Of a stretch of DNA of 64,000 nucleotides, positions 41,245 to 51,000 are shown piece by piece. The stretch spans positions 4,576,001 through 4,640,000 of the forward strand of contig OZ252299.1 of the NCBI GenBank assembly GCA_965250285.1, read 5' to 3'. How positions within the stretch are numbered: the stretch's first letter is position 1; every line of letters begins with the position of its first letter. Source of the DNA: Myxococcota bacterium. GTDB taxonomy: Bacteria > Myxococcota_A > UBA9160 > UBA4427. A program made the position numbers and the translations under genes. The notes under the pieces are model-generated. The model had not been told where the DNA came from and did no database searches. It saw only the letters and a list, made by a program, of their open reading frames with translations.

Positions 41245-41753
41245 CAACGATCTCCCTCGTCGGCCAGCACGCGACTCGCGACGAGACCCACGAGCAGGAT
41301 CAGCGAGAGACCGACGAGCGGCGCCGCAAACTCGCGGTAGAGGGTCTCACCGAGGGCGAACACGCTCCCGAGCCCCGCGTCGACGGGGAGGTCGGGCCGC
41401 GGCGTGCTCTCGAGCGTGAGCAGCACGACGCCGGCGAGCGATGCAGCGGCGATGACGCCGAGGGCATTCAGGACGCGCCGACGCACCGAGCGCGCGGGCA
41501 GGGGCTCACTCTCGAGATCGACGAGCAACACGACGAAGAGCAGACCGACGCCGGCCGCCCCGATCACGAGGAGCAGCTGCGCGACGCCGAGGAAGGGCGC
41601 GGCGAGCAGCGTGAACAGACCCGCCAGCGCCAGCTGACAGAGCACCGCGCCCATGGCCGCCCCCACGGTCGTCCGCGCCGTCAGGATCAAGACGAGCGCG
41701 CCGACCACCGCGACGGCGGCGAGCCCCTGGAAGCCGATCGACGCCGCGCTCAC
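41244..41753 (-). CDS. nuoJ: Divergent NuoJ-like subunit
   Basis: LAAPFLGVAQ...GA...LFVVLL, ALGETLY; five TM segments; GTGA overlap with nuoH. Confidence 0.75.
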   Translation of the reverse strand: MSAASIGFQGLAAVAVVGALVLILTARTTVGAAMGAVLCQLALAGLFTLLAAPFLGVAQLLLVIGAAGVGLLFVVLLVDLESEPLPARSVRRRVLNALGVIAAASLAGVVLLTLESTPRPDLPVDAGLGSVFALGETLYREFAAPLVGLSLILLVGLVASRVLADEGDR

Positions 41754-42715
41754 GAGAGCCCCGGACGCGCGACGAGCCACCAGCCGGTCAGAAAGACGTT
41801 CACGATCGAGAGCGGCACGAAGAGCCGAAAGCAGAGAAAGCTGACCCGCGCTTCGGGCAGCGGCGCCATGCGGCTCCCGACCCACCGGATGAAGCCGAAC
41901 ACGAGCAGCGTCTTGACCAGAAAAGAGGTCGCATGCAGCGCGGCACACAGCAGCGCGCCGACCGTGAGTCCATAGCTCTTCGTCAGCACGGGCTCGAGCG
42001 TCGATTCGGCGAGCCACGGAATCGACCATCCACCGAGACCCAGCGTGACGACGTAGCCGGCGAGCAGAAGCGTGTTCACGAAGTCGGCGACGACGGCGTT
42101 GCCCAGCCGCAGGCCGCTGCCCTCGGCGTGCAGCGAAGTGAGTGACTCGGCGCTCGCCGCTGCGAGGTCGAAGGGCGGCAGGCGCAGCGCACCGAGCCCG
42201 CAGATCAAGACGAGCCCCACCGCCAGCGGGTTCAGCAGCACGCCCCAGAGCGGCAGGCGCACTGTGATGCGACCCGCTTCGGGCCATGCGAAGCCGGCGG
42301 TCGAGACGATCTCGGCGGGCGTGGTCGTCGTGTCTTGTCGGGCGGCGATGTCGACGAGTTCGAGCGAGCCGTACACGAGGGCGAGCGGCAGGGTGGCCAG
42401 CGCGAGGGCCACACCGTACGAGAGCGTCTGCGCACCGGCGCCGAGGCAGGCTCGGCGCGCGGCTTCGTCGCGCACCGACCAGCCCATTGCGGCGAACCCG
42501 AGCGCCGACATACAGACGAGCGCGACGGGCACGAGGATCGACGCGTCGACGTCGGCGACGACGAGCGACACGGGCCGCTCGCCGACCAGATACGACGAAC
42601 CGAACGGGAGCACACCCAGGCTGGCGACGGCGACGACGACCGTCCAGGCCGGACCGAGCCGATCGAGCCAGGGGATCGTGCGTGCCGACGTCGGCTGCGT
42701 CGCATCGGCGCTCAC
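41750..42715 (-). CDS. nuoH: Divergent, N-terminally truncated NuoH-like subunit
   Basis: VLPFG, GWS, AQTLSY, PFDL, LGGW; GAGGGGG RBS before the GTG at 42715. Confidence 0.75.
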   Translation of the reverse strand: MSADATQPTSARTIPWLDRLGPAWTVVVAVASLGVLPFGSSYLVGERPVSLVVADVDASILVPVALVCMSALGFAAMGWSVRDEAARRACLGAGAQTLSYGVALALATLPLALVYGSLELVDIAARQDTTTTPAEIVSTAGFAWPEAGRITVRLPLWGVLLNPLAVGLVLICGLGALRLPPFDLAAASAESLTSLHAEGSGLRLGNAVVADFVNTLLLAGYVVTLGLGGWSIPWLAESTLEPVLTKSYGLTVGALLCAALHATSFLVKTLLVFGFIRWVGSRMAPLPEARVSFLCFRLFVPLSIVNVFLTGWWLVARPGLS

Positions 42716-42758
42716 GCCAACCCCCTCGGAGCGTGCGGTGAACCAACGGCATTCGCGT

Positions 42759-43094
42759 TCATGGGCCGTCGTCCTCGAGGCCACCTCGGGTGATCAGGTG
42801 TGCGAACCCGACGAGCAGCGGGGCCGTGATCAGCGCCGCGACCCCGAGCCCCGCCCGGCCGAGCGTCTCGACCCGCGCAGCCCAGGCCGCCAGCAGCAGA
42901 ACCAGGGCCCCGAAGGCGACGAACAGCGCGGCGTAGACCTGGAAACGCGCGAGCGCGCGCAGCGAGTCGACCGGCGCGTCGGGCGGATCGCGGCGTGGGC
43001 GCCGGGGCGCGACGCGCACGTGAAAGAGCACGAGCAGGCCAGCGATCAGGCCGCCGACGGCGGTCAGCGTGAGCAGCGCCGCGTAGTCGCCCAT
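42759..43094 (-). CDS. nuoA: Divergent NuoA-like subunit
   Basis: Three TM segments, AALF...WA...LG, terminal RGGLE (cf. KGALEW); GGAGG RBS; first gene of the operon. Confidence 0.7.
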   Translation of the reverse strand: MGDYAALLTLTAVGGLIAGLLVLFHVRVAPRRPRRDPPDAPVDSLRALARFQVYAALFVAFGALVLLLAAWAARVETLGRAGLGVAALITAPLLVGFAHLITRGGLEDDGP

Positions 43095-43342
43095 GCGCCT
43101 CCCCGCGCCCGCACGGATCGGTCTGCGCACACGGGTCGGCAGACGCCGAGCGTGGGCAGCGTGCGTGCATTCGGGGGGTTCGAGGGGGGACGACGAGACA
43201 GGCCTCGTCGTCGAAAAACGTAGCCCGGCGAGCCCCGAAGCGTCAACGAGATTGGGCGGCTCCGCGGGCGGGCGGCGTGGCGGACGGGCTCGGTGCGACC
43301 CGTGCACGGTCATTCGAGGCGGGGTGTGGTATCTCGGCGGGG

Positions 43343-44356
43343 ATGAATGTGCCCATCACCGTCCTCGGCTCCGGCAGCTTCGGCACCTGCCTCGCGATCC
43401 TCTGCGCGCGCGAGAACCCGGTTCGATTGTGGTCGCGATCGCAGAAGGTCGTCGACGCGATCAACGAGACGCGTCGCAATCCGCAGTACCTGACTGAATT
43501 CGAGCTGCCCGAGTCGGTCGAGGCCACGGCCGATCTGGCCACGGCGCTCGAGGGCAGTGAGATGATCGTCATCGCCGTGCCGAGTCACGGGTTGCGTGAG
43601 GTGATGGCCAAGGCCGCCCCGTTCATCCCCGACGGCGCGATTCTCGTCTCGACCGTCAAGGGCATCGAGTACGAGACCGGGATGACGATGCATCAGGTGC
43701 TCGAGGACGTGGTGCCCGAGACGCACCATCGCAAGATCGTGGCGCTCTCGGGCCCCTCTTTCGCCCGCGAGATCGCGGAGCACCGCGCCACCGTCGTCAC
43801 CGTCGCCTGCGCCGACGAGGCCTTCGCCATCGCCGTGCAGGAGACGCTCTCCTGCCCCTGGTTTCGCTGTTACTCGAGCACCGACGTGATGGGCGTCGAG
43901 ATCGGCGGCGCCCTCAAGAACGTGATCGCGATCGCCGTGGGCATGAGCGACGGCATGGACGGTTCGCTCAACAGCCGCGCGGCGCTCATGACCCGGGGCC
44001 TGGCCGAGATCGCGCGCCTCGCCGAGCGGCTCGGCGGCGATCCGACGACGCTGCACGGACTCTCGGGCATGGGCGATCTCGTGCTGACGTGCACCGGCGA
44101 CCTCTCGCGCAATCGGCGGGTCGGCCTCGCGCTCGGCCGAGGTCAGCGCCTCGAGGAGATCATTCGCGACCTGGGCGAGGTGGCCGAGGGGGTGCGGACG
44201 ACCCAGGCGGCCTGCCGGCTCGCGGCGCGCGTCGGCGTCGAGCTGCCGATCTGCGAGATGGTGCGGCAGGTGATCGACGGCGAGATCACGCCGACCCGCG
44301 CGGGCACCGAGCTCATGAACCGCCAGCTCGGCAGCGAGCGAGGCGGCGGCCGCTAG
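43343..44356 (+). CDS. gpsA: NAD(P)H-dependent glycerol-3-phosphate dehydrogenase
   Basis: GSGSFG, LSGPSFA, GGALKNVIAI, GMGDLVLTC, SRNRRVG. Confidence 0.96.
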   Translation: MNVPITVLGSGSFGTCLAILCARENPVRLWSRSQKVVDAINETRRNPQYLTEFELPESVEATADLATALEGSEMIVIAVPSHGLREVMAKAAPFIPDGAILVSTVKGIEYETGMTMHQVLEDVVPETHHRKIVALSGPSFAREIAEHRATVVTVACADEAFAIAVQETLSCPWFRCYSSTDVMGVEIGGALKNVIAIAVGMSDGMDGSLNSRAALMTRGLAEIARLAERLGGDPTTLHGLSGMGDLVLTCTGDLSRNRRVGLALGRGQRLEEIIRDLGEVAEGVRTTQAACRLAARVGVELPICEMVRQVIDGEITPTRAGTELMNRQLGSERGGGR

Positions 44357-44470
44357 CGGCGTTCGAAGCGAGACAGCGTGCAGCGCGTCACTTTGCGACC
44401 GTGTTCGCCAATCGAAAACCGAGCCGGAAGCGCTGCCGCAAGTCCCCTCCAACGCTACGGTTTCGCGATC

Positions 44471-44487
44471 ATGAAATCGAATTTCAA
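44471..44487. promoter_or_regulatory. Delta-proteobacterial-type Fur box candidate
   Basis: ATGAAATCGAATTTCAA resembles WTGAAA-N5-TTTCAW and lies at the start of feoAB. Confidence 0.55.
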
Positions 44488-44764
44488 CGAGGGCGACGCG
44501 GGCGAGCGCGTCTTCTCGCTCGATCAGGCTCAGCCGGGCACCGAGGTGGTGGTCGAACGCATCGATCTCGACCATGCCCCGGTCGGCCGTCGTCTCGTCG
44601 ACCTGGGCCTGCTCCCCGAGACGCGCCTGAAGGTCGTGCGGCGCGCCCCGCTCGGCGACCCCACGGAGTTCGCCCTGCGCGGCTACCGGCTGTGTCTCCG
44701 CCGCAGCGACGCGGCCCAGATCTGGGTGCGCGAGAGCCCCGCCCCCTCACAGGACGACGCGTGA
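44471..44764 (+). CDS. feoA: Ferrous iron transport protein A
   Basis: RRLVDLGLLP...APLGDP...LRGYRLCLRRSDA. Confidence 0.92.
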   Translation: MKSNFNEGDAGERVFSLDQAQPGTEVVVERIDLDHAPVGRRLVDLGLLPETRLKVVRRAPLGDPTEFALRGYRLCLRRSDAAQIWVRESPAPSQDDA

Positions 44765-44816
44765 TCGACGCCCTGCTCGAAGCCCGCGCATGGCCCCTGG
44801 TGCAGAGGACGATCGC

Positions 44817-46697
44817 TTGAGCGACGCGACGCTCACTCTCGGACTGGTCGGCAGCCCGAACGCGGGCAAGACGACCCTCTTCAACGCGCTGACCGGTCTG
44901 CGCGCGAAGGTGGGGAACTACCCCGGCGTCACGGTCGAGCGGCGCGAGGGACGGGTTCAGCTCGGAGATCACGCTGCGCGTCTGATCGACCTGCCGGGCA
45001 CCTACTCGCTCGATCCGCTGAGCCCCGATGAAGCCGTGGTCAACGAGGTGCTCGACGGACGCATCGACGGCCTGGCGGCCCCCGAGGCCCTGGTCGTCGT
45101 CGCCGACGCGTGCTCGCTCGAGCGATCGCTGCTGCTGGTCGGGCAGGTGCTGCGGCGTGAGCAGCCGACGGTGCTGGTGCTGACGATGTACGACGAGCTC
45201 GCCGCGCGCGGGGGGGAGCTCGACCTTCCGCGCCTCGAAGACGCCCTCGGCGTGCCGGTGGTGCCCGTGGTCGGCCACAAGGGCGTCGGCCTCGAGCGGC
45301 TGCGCACCCTGCTCGGCGATCCGAGCGGATGGTCTCGCCCCGCCCTGCTGCCGCCCGAGACGACCGAAGAGCGGGCGGCGTGGGTCTCGTCGATCCTCGA
45401 CCACGTCGTGACCGACGCGCCGCGCGACCACGACCTGACCGAGCGCATCGACCGCGTCGTCCTGCACCCGGTGGCCGGCCCCCTGCTGTTCGTGGCCGTG
45501 ATGGTGACGTTCTTCCAGCTGATCTTCGCCTGGGCGAGCCCCGCGATGGACGCGATCGACGCAGGCGTCGGCGTGCTGGCGTCGGGGGCGCGCGGCGTGC
45601 TGCCACCGGGGCTCGTCGCCGACTTCGTCGCCGATGGCCTCATCGCGGGGGTCGGGTCGGTCGTGATCTTCGTCCCGCAGATCACGCTGCTCTTCGGGTT
45701 GCTCTACCTGCTCGAGGACGTGGGCTACATGGCACGCGCCGCCTTCGTCGTCGACCGCGCCATGGGTCGCATCGGCCTCGAGGGCCGCGCGTTCGTCGCG
45801 CTGCTCTCGTCGTACGCCTGCGCGGTGCCGGGCATCATGGCGACCCGCACGATCCCCTCGCCCCGAGACCGTCTGGTCACGATCCTCGTCGCCCCCTTGA
45901 TGACGTGCTCGGCGCGGCTGCCGGTATACGCGCTGCTGATCGGCGCATTCGTGCCCGAGCGCACGCTCGCGGGCTTCATCGGCCTGCAGGGCCTCGTGCT
46001 CTTCGCGCTCTATTTCGTCGCGCCGGTCTTCGCGATGATCGTTGCGGCCCTGCTCAAGCGGACGATCGCGCGCAGCGACGCGATGCCCTTCGTGATGGAG
46101 CTGCCCACGTATCGGGTGCCCACCTTCAAGCTCTGGGGCGCGCAGCTGTGGCGCAGTGTCTCGGCCTTCTTGAAGCGCGCAGGCACGATCATCCTGCTCG
46201 CCTCGATGGTGCTCTGGGTGCTGCTCACGTTCCCCCACGTCGAGCCGCCCGCCGGGCTGGACGAAGAGCAGGCCGCTTCATACGCCCTCGAGAACAGCTT
46301 CGCCGGACGGGTCGGACATGCCATCGAGCCCGCCATCGAACCGCTCGGCTTCGACTGGAAGATCGGCGTCGGACTCGTCGCCAGCCTCGCCGCACGCGAG
46401 GTCATCGTGGCGACGCTGGCGCAGATCTACGCCGCCACAGACGAAGACGCGTCGCTCCGCGGCGCGATCCGCAGGGACATCGATCCGCGCACGGGCGAGC
46501 GCGTCTTCGGCCCGGCCACCGTCGGGTCACTGCTCGTCTTCTTCGTGTTCGCGCTGCAGTGCGTCTCGACGATCGCGATCATCGCGCGCGAGACGAACTC
46601 GTGGCGCTGGCCCTTGTTCGCGTTCACGTATCTGCTCGTGCTCGCCTACGGGGCATCGTTCGTCACCTATCGCGTGGTCAGCGCGTTGACCGCGTGA
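44817..46697 (+). CDS. feoB: Ferrous iron transport protein B
   Basis: GSPNAGKTT, GNYPGVTVE, DLPGTYSL, CSARLPVY; TTG start after GAGGA (alternative ATG at 44790). Confidence 0.95.
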   Translation: MSDATLTLGLVGSPNAGKTTLFNALTGLRAKVGNYPGVTVERREGRVQLGDHAARLIDLPGTYSLDPLSPDEAVVNEVLDGRIDGLAAPEALVVVADACSLERSLLLVGQVLRREQPTVLVLTMYDELAARGGELDLPRLEDALGVPVVPVVGHKGVGLERLRTLLGDPSGWSRPALLPPETTEERAAWVSSILDHVVTDAPRDHDLTERIDRVVLHPVAGPLLFVAVMVTFFQLIFAWASPAMDAIDAGVGVLASGARGVLPPGLVADFVADGLIAGVGSVVIFVPQITLLFGLLYLLEDVGYMARAAFVVDRAMGRIGLEGRAFVALLSSYACAVPGIMATRTIPSPRDRLVTILVAPLMTCSARLPVYALLIGAFVPERTLAGFIGLQGLVLFALYFVAPVFAMIVAALLKRTIARSDAMPFVMELPTYRVPTFKLWGAQLWRSVSAFLKRAGTIILLASMVLWVLLTFPHVEPPAGLDEEQAASYALENSFAGRVGHAIEPAIEPLGFDWKIGVGLVASLAAREVIVATLAQIYAATDEDASLRGAIRRDIDPRTGERVFGPATVGSLLVFFVFALQCVSTIAIIARETNSWRWPLFAFTYLLVLAYGASFVTYRVVSALTA

Positions 46698-46765
46698 GCC
46701 ACTGCGTCGGGCGGCGGCGCGGCGCCTCGCGTCGGTGCCGGCCGCTCGGCTGCTAAGGTCTTGTC

Positions 46766-47689
46766 ATGCTTCGACGTCGCCGCTCATTCGTCCGTTTCGT
46801 GACGCTGCTCTGCGCCGGGCTCACGCTCGCGGTGCTCTTCGGCACCGGCTGCGCGACGCGGCCCCGAGACGACCGCATCATCAACCGCTACGGCCTCAAC
46901 GTCTACCTGCGGAGCGATCGCAAGCTCTTCGGCAAGCCGCTCGATCGTGGCTACGCGCAGCCTTCCGACATCCCGGTCGAGCGGCTGCGCGTGATCCTGG
47001 GCAGCCTCGAGATCGAGCGGCGCGAGCGGGCACGCACGGTGCTCGAGCCGGCAATCCCGGCCGAGATCCTCAACCCGGTCAGCGCGGGCGTCGCCGAGGC
47101 GTTTCGCGAGGCGACCCCGGCCGATCGCATCGTGGTGATGGCCGAGCGCAAGCAGATGCAGAAGAAGATCTTCGATCGCAAGTTTCTCACCACGTTCGTC
47201 ACGTGGATGGAGGGCGACGAGCTGATCGTCCATCTCTCGCGCGCCGACTGGCCGATCGACGAGAAGCGCAAGGGCGAGCTGCCCCGGCCGCACGCGAACA
47301 ATCCCCAGCAGAAGTTCAGGCTCGTGACGAACGAGTTCGTCCACGCGTCGGGCAAGACCGGCGTGGCCATCGACTGGAAGAGCGACGTGTTCGGTAGCTT
47401 TGCGAAGGCGTCCGAGCTGCGCGGCGCACCGGTCTCGGCCGCAGCGTCGGGCGGTGCGGCGGCGAGCGGTGCCGTCGCCGGCGCCGGCGAGAAGACGGTG
47501 CTGATGGAGGCCGAGCCCGAGAAGCCGCCCGCCTCTGCGCCGCTCACCAGCGCGCAGCTCGAGGGGCTCGACGCCGACGACCTGCGTTGGCTGGCCGATC
47601 TCGAAGAGTCGCGCGTCGCCGGTGAGATCACCGAGGAGCAGTATCAGCGCCGCCGCGACGCGATCCTCGAGGCCGCTTCGAGCGACTGA
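46766..47689 (+). CDS. Hypothetical lipoprotein with C-terminal SHOCT-like domain
   Basis: Lipobox GTGC; C-terminal GEITEEQYQRRRDAIL. Confidence 0.75.
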   Translation: MLRRRRSFVRFVTLLCAGLTLAVLFGTGCATRPRDDRIINRYGLNVYLRSDRKLFGKPLDRGYAQPSDIPVERLRVILGSLEIERRERARTVLEPAIPAEILNPVSAGVAEAFREATPADRIVVMAERKQMQKKIFDRKFLTTFVTWMEGDELIVHLSRADWPIDEKRKGELPRPHANNPQQKFRLVTNEFVHASGKTGVAIDWKSDVFGSFAKASELRGAPVSAAASGGAAASGAVAGAGEKTVLMEAEPEKPPASAPLTSAQLEGLDADDLRWLADLEESRVAGEITEEQYQRRRDAILEAASSD

Positions 47690-48087
47690 GGCCGGCGCGA
47701 TTGCGCTCGCACGCGAACCGTTGGGGGCGAGCGGCGTCTCACTGTCGATGTTGCCGGGCGCTTGCCTGTGGCTGAAGCCCCAGAGGGCAGCGGGCTTGGC
47801 CGAGCGCATCGGAACGTCGGATGACGCGCGCGATCTCGATCGGTTCGAATCTCGATCCGACACCCGCATGGCCCCGTGAGTCACCTACCTGAACCCGCAA
47901 AGAAGCCGCCCCTTTCGCCCCGCCATCGGGCATCATCAGCGGCTCCCGTGACGCGCCCGGACCGTGACTCGATCGCGGAACGCCGGACGTGCATCGACCT
48001 GCCGACCCGGCGGGTCCAAGAGATCCGGCGGCCCTGTGCGCTTCGAACGCGCGCACCCGCCCCACCGAGTACGGAGTACCGCCCTGC

Positions 48088-51000
48088 ATGACCGCGTTCC
48101 AGGTCTTCCTTCTCTGTCTGGTCGCTTTCGTTGCTTCGCGATTCGCGCCCGATCCCTGGAAGGGTCGGCTGGTGAATGTCGCGAAGGCAGCGTTCACGAT
48201 CGCGGCCTTCTGGGCGCTGCTCGCCTACGAGCTCACGAACGCACAGGGCGAGAGGCAGACGGTCTGGTCGATGATCGTCGAGATCTACGAGAACATTCAG
48301 CCCGCGACGTTCTGGTTCTGGGTGCTCGTCGCGACCGGCGTGAAGCTCGTCGGCATCCTGTGCTCGATGTATCGCTGGCAGCTCGTGCTGCGCGGCCAGA
48401 ACATCGAGCTCCCGTTCCGCCACATCTTCGGTTCGTTCATGATCGGCCGTGCGCTCGGCACGTTCCTGCCGAGCACGGCCGGCCTCGACGGCTACACCCT
48501 CTACGACGCGGCGCGCTTCACCGGCCGCACCGTGGAGGTCTCGGCCGGCAAGTTCCTCGAGAAGATCTGCGGCTTCACGGGCGTCTTCCTCACGTTCCTC
48601 GTCACGCTGCCCTTCGGCATCGCGATCCTCGGTGACCTCGCCTGGATGGCGTACGTCTCGGCCGTGATCGCCATCGGGATCATCGGCGGCCTGATGATCG
48701 TGCTCTTCTACCCCGGCGCCGTGCAGTGGGTGCTGACGAACGTGCCGATCCCGGCGAAGGCCCGGCTCGAGGGCATCGTCACCCGCATCAGCGAGAGCGC
48801 CGGCGCCTACCGCGACAAGAAGGGCCTCGTCTTGATGATCTTCGCCATGAGCTTCATGGTGCACTTCACGACGGCGGCCATGTACTACTACACGGCGCTC
48901 GCGATCGGCGCCGAGGGCGCGAAGTTCTGGGAGATCACGTTCGGCTCGTCGATCCAGATCTTCGCCACCGTGATCAGCCCCTTCACGATCGCGGGTGAGG
49001 GCATTCGCGAGGCCGCCCAGGCCCTGCTGCTCCAGAACCAGATCGGCGCGGGCGCGGCCGTCATCTCGGCGGCGCTCGGCTTCTGGGCCGCCGAAGCGCC
49101 GACCATGCTCGGCTTCGTCTTCTGGTGGATCCGACCCGACGACTACAAGCCGGAGTATGCGCGGGTGAACGGCGTGCAGGTCGACTGGGACGAGGCGGCC
49201 AAGGCGTCGGTGGCGCTCGACCCTTCGCGCTCGAAGGAGGAGCTCGAGGCCGAGGTCGGCGCCGCGGCGCCGATGAGCGAGCGCTTGCTGCGCAGCGCGA
49301 GCGTCGGCTGCGGCTCGGGCGTGCTCGCGGGCATCGTGATCGGCCTCGCCGAGACGGCGGTGATCGCCCAGGGCGGCTTCGGCGACGACGCCCAGGTGCT
49401 CTGGTACGGACCGATGATGTACGCGGTCTTCCTCGGCGGCCTGGGCACACTCGGAGGTCTCGTGCTCGGCGTGCTGCCGATGGATCGAGACGAGATCCAG
49501 AGCTGGACGCCGACGCTCGGCTTCGCTGCGTGTCTCGTGCCGTTGGGCCTCTTCGTCACGCTCTTCCGGCTGCGGCGCGACGTCTACCTCGAGCAGATGC
49601 CCCCTGCGCCGGTTCTGGTCGGCGTGCTCGCCGGCTTCGCGCTGCTCACGTTCGTGATCCTCTACTTCGGCCAGCGCTTCTTCGGCTCACGCGTTGGCAT
49701 CATCGCGCGTGCGCCGATCGCGATCGGGCTGCTCGTGCTCGTGATGGGCACCGGGCTGGCGCTGGGCATCGGCTACGGGCCCGACCGAACGCCGCCCGCC
49801 GGCAGCATCGCGAGCGGGTTGGGCGATCGACCCAACATCATCTTGATCATGGTCGACACGCTGCGCGCCGACTATCTGCCCTGCTACGGCGACGAGCAGG
49901 TGTCGGCGCCGCACATCTGCAGCCTCGGCGAAGCAGACGGCGGCATCGTGCTCGACGGCTACAGCCACGCCTCGTGGACGAAGCCCGCGACGGCCAGCCT
50001 GCTGAGCTCGCTCGTGCCCACCACCCACAACGCGATGAGCAAGCCCTCGCGGCTCTCGGACGAAGTCGATTTGGTCTCGGAAGTGATGCAGGCGCAGGGC
50101 TATTCGACCGGCGGCATCGTATCGAACATCAACCTCGCCGAGAGCTTCGGTTTCGATCAGGGCTACAACGAGTACCACTATCTCGCTCCCAGCTACCTGC
50201 TCGGGGCGGACGAGTCGTCGTCGAAGCTCATCCTCTATCAGATCTTTCGGAGCGTCTATCTCGGCGTCTTGAAGAAGGGGATCACGTTCGACGGCTTCTA
50301 TCAGGATTCACGTGTCGTCAACGCCGTTGCCTTCGACTGGCTCGACCGATTCAAGGACGACCGGTTCTATCTCTTCCTCCACTACATGGACGTCCACGAC
50401 CCCTACTTCGAGCATCCCTACGATGGCCGTGGCTTCTCGCGCGTATCGAATCCGTGGCCGAGCCCCGAGCAGACCGAGGATCTCAAGCGGCTGTATCGCG
50501 GCGAGCTCGAGTACCTCGACGAGGGGGTGGGCGAGCTGATCGCGCACCTGAAGCAGCTGGGGATCTACGACGACACGATGATCATCCTCACGGCCGATCA
50601 CGGCGAGGAATTCTACGAGCACGATGGCTGGTGGCACGGTCTCACGCTCTTCGAAGAGCAGATCCACGTGCCGCTGCTGATCAAGCCCGCAAGGGGCCAG
50701 ATGACGCCGCCCTACACGCGCATGGCCCGGCACATCGACGTCGTGCCGACGATCATCGACGTGGCCGGCGCGGCGCAGCCCGAGCGCATGCAGGGCGTCT
50801 CGCTCTACGTGAGCGAGGCCGATCGCAGCTCGAAGGATCGTCAGCACTTCGCCGAAGAGGATCACGAGGGCAACGTGCTGTGGAGCCTCACGGACGAGAC
50901 GATGAACAAGGTGATCGTCGTCGAGAACGGCGGTGCTCACCGCGAGCTCCCCGATGCAGCCGTGTATGACCTCGACGACGACCCCGACGAGGCGCGCAAT

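Noticed and set aside
35670..43094. Calling the nuo-like block pseudogenes or an Mrp antiporter
   Set aside because: No stops or frameshifts, and RBSs and gene overlaps are intact. NuoA- and NuoH-like genes are present and MrpE/F/G are absent. Early decay cannot be fully excluded without orthologs.
47842..47851. GGTTCGAATC tRNA T-loop-like motif in a 400-bp intergenic region
   Set aside because: The flanks do not form a 5-bp T-stem, and no acceptor, D or anticodon arms can be built.
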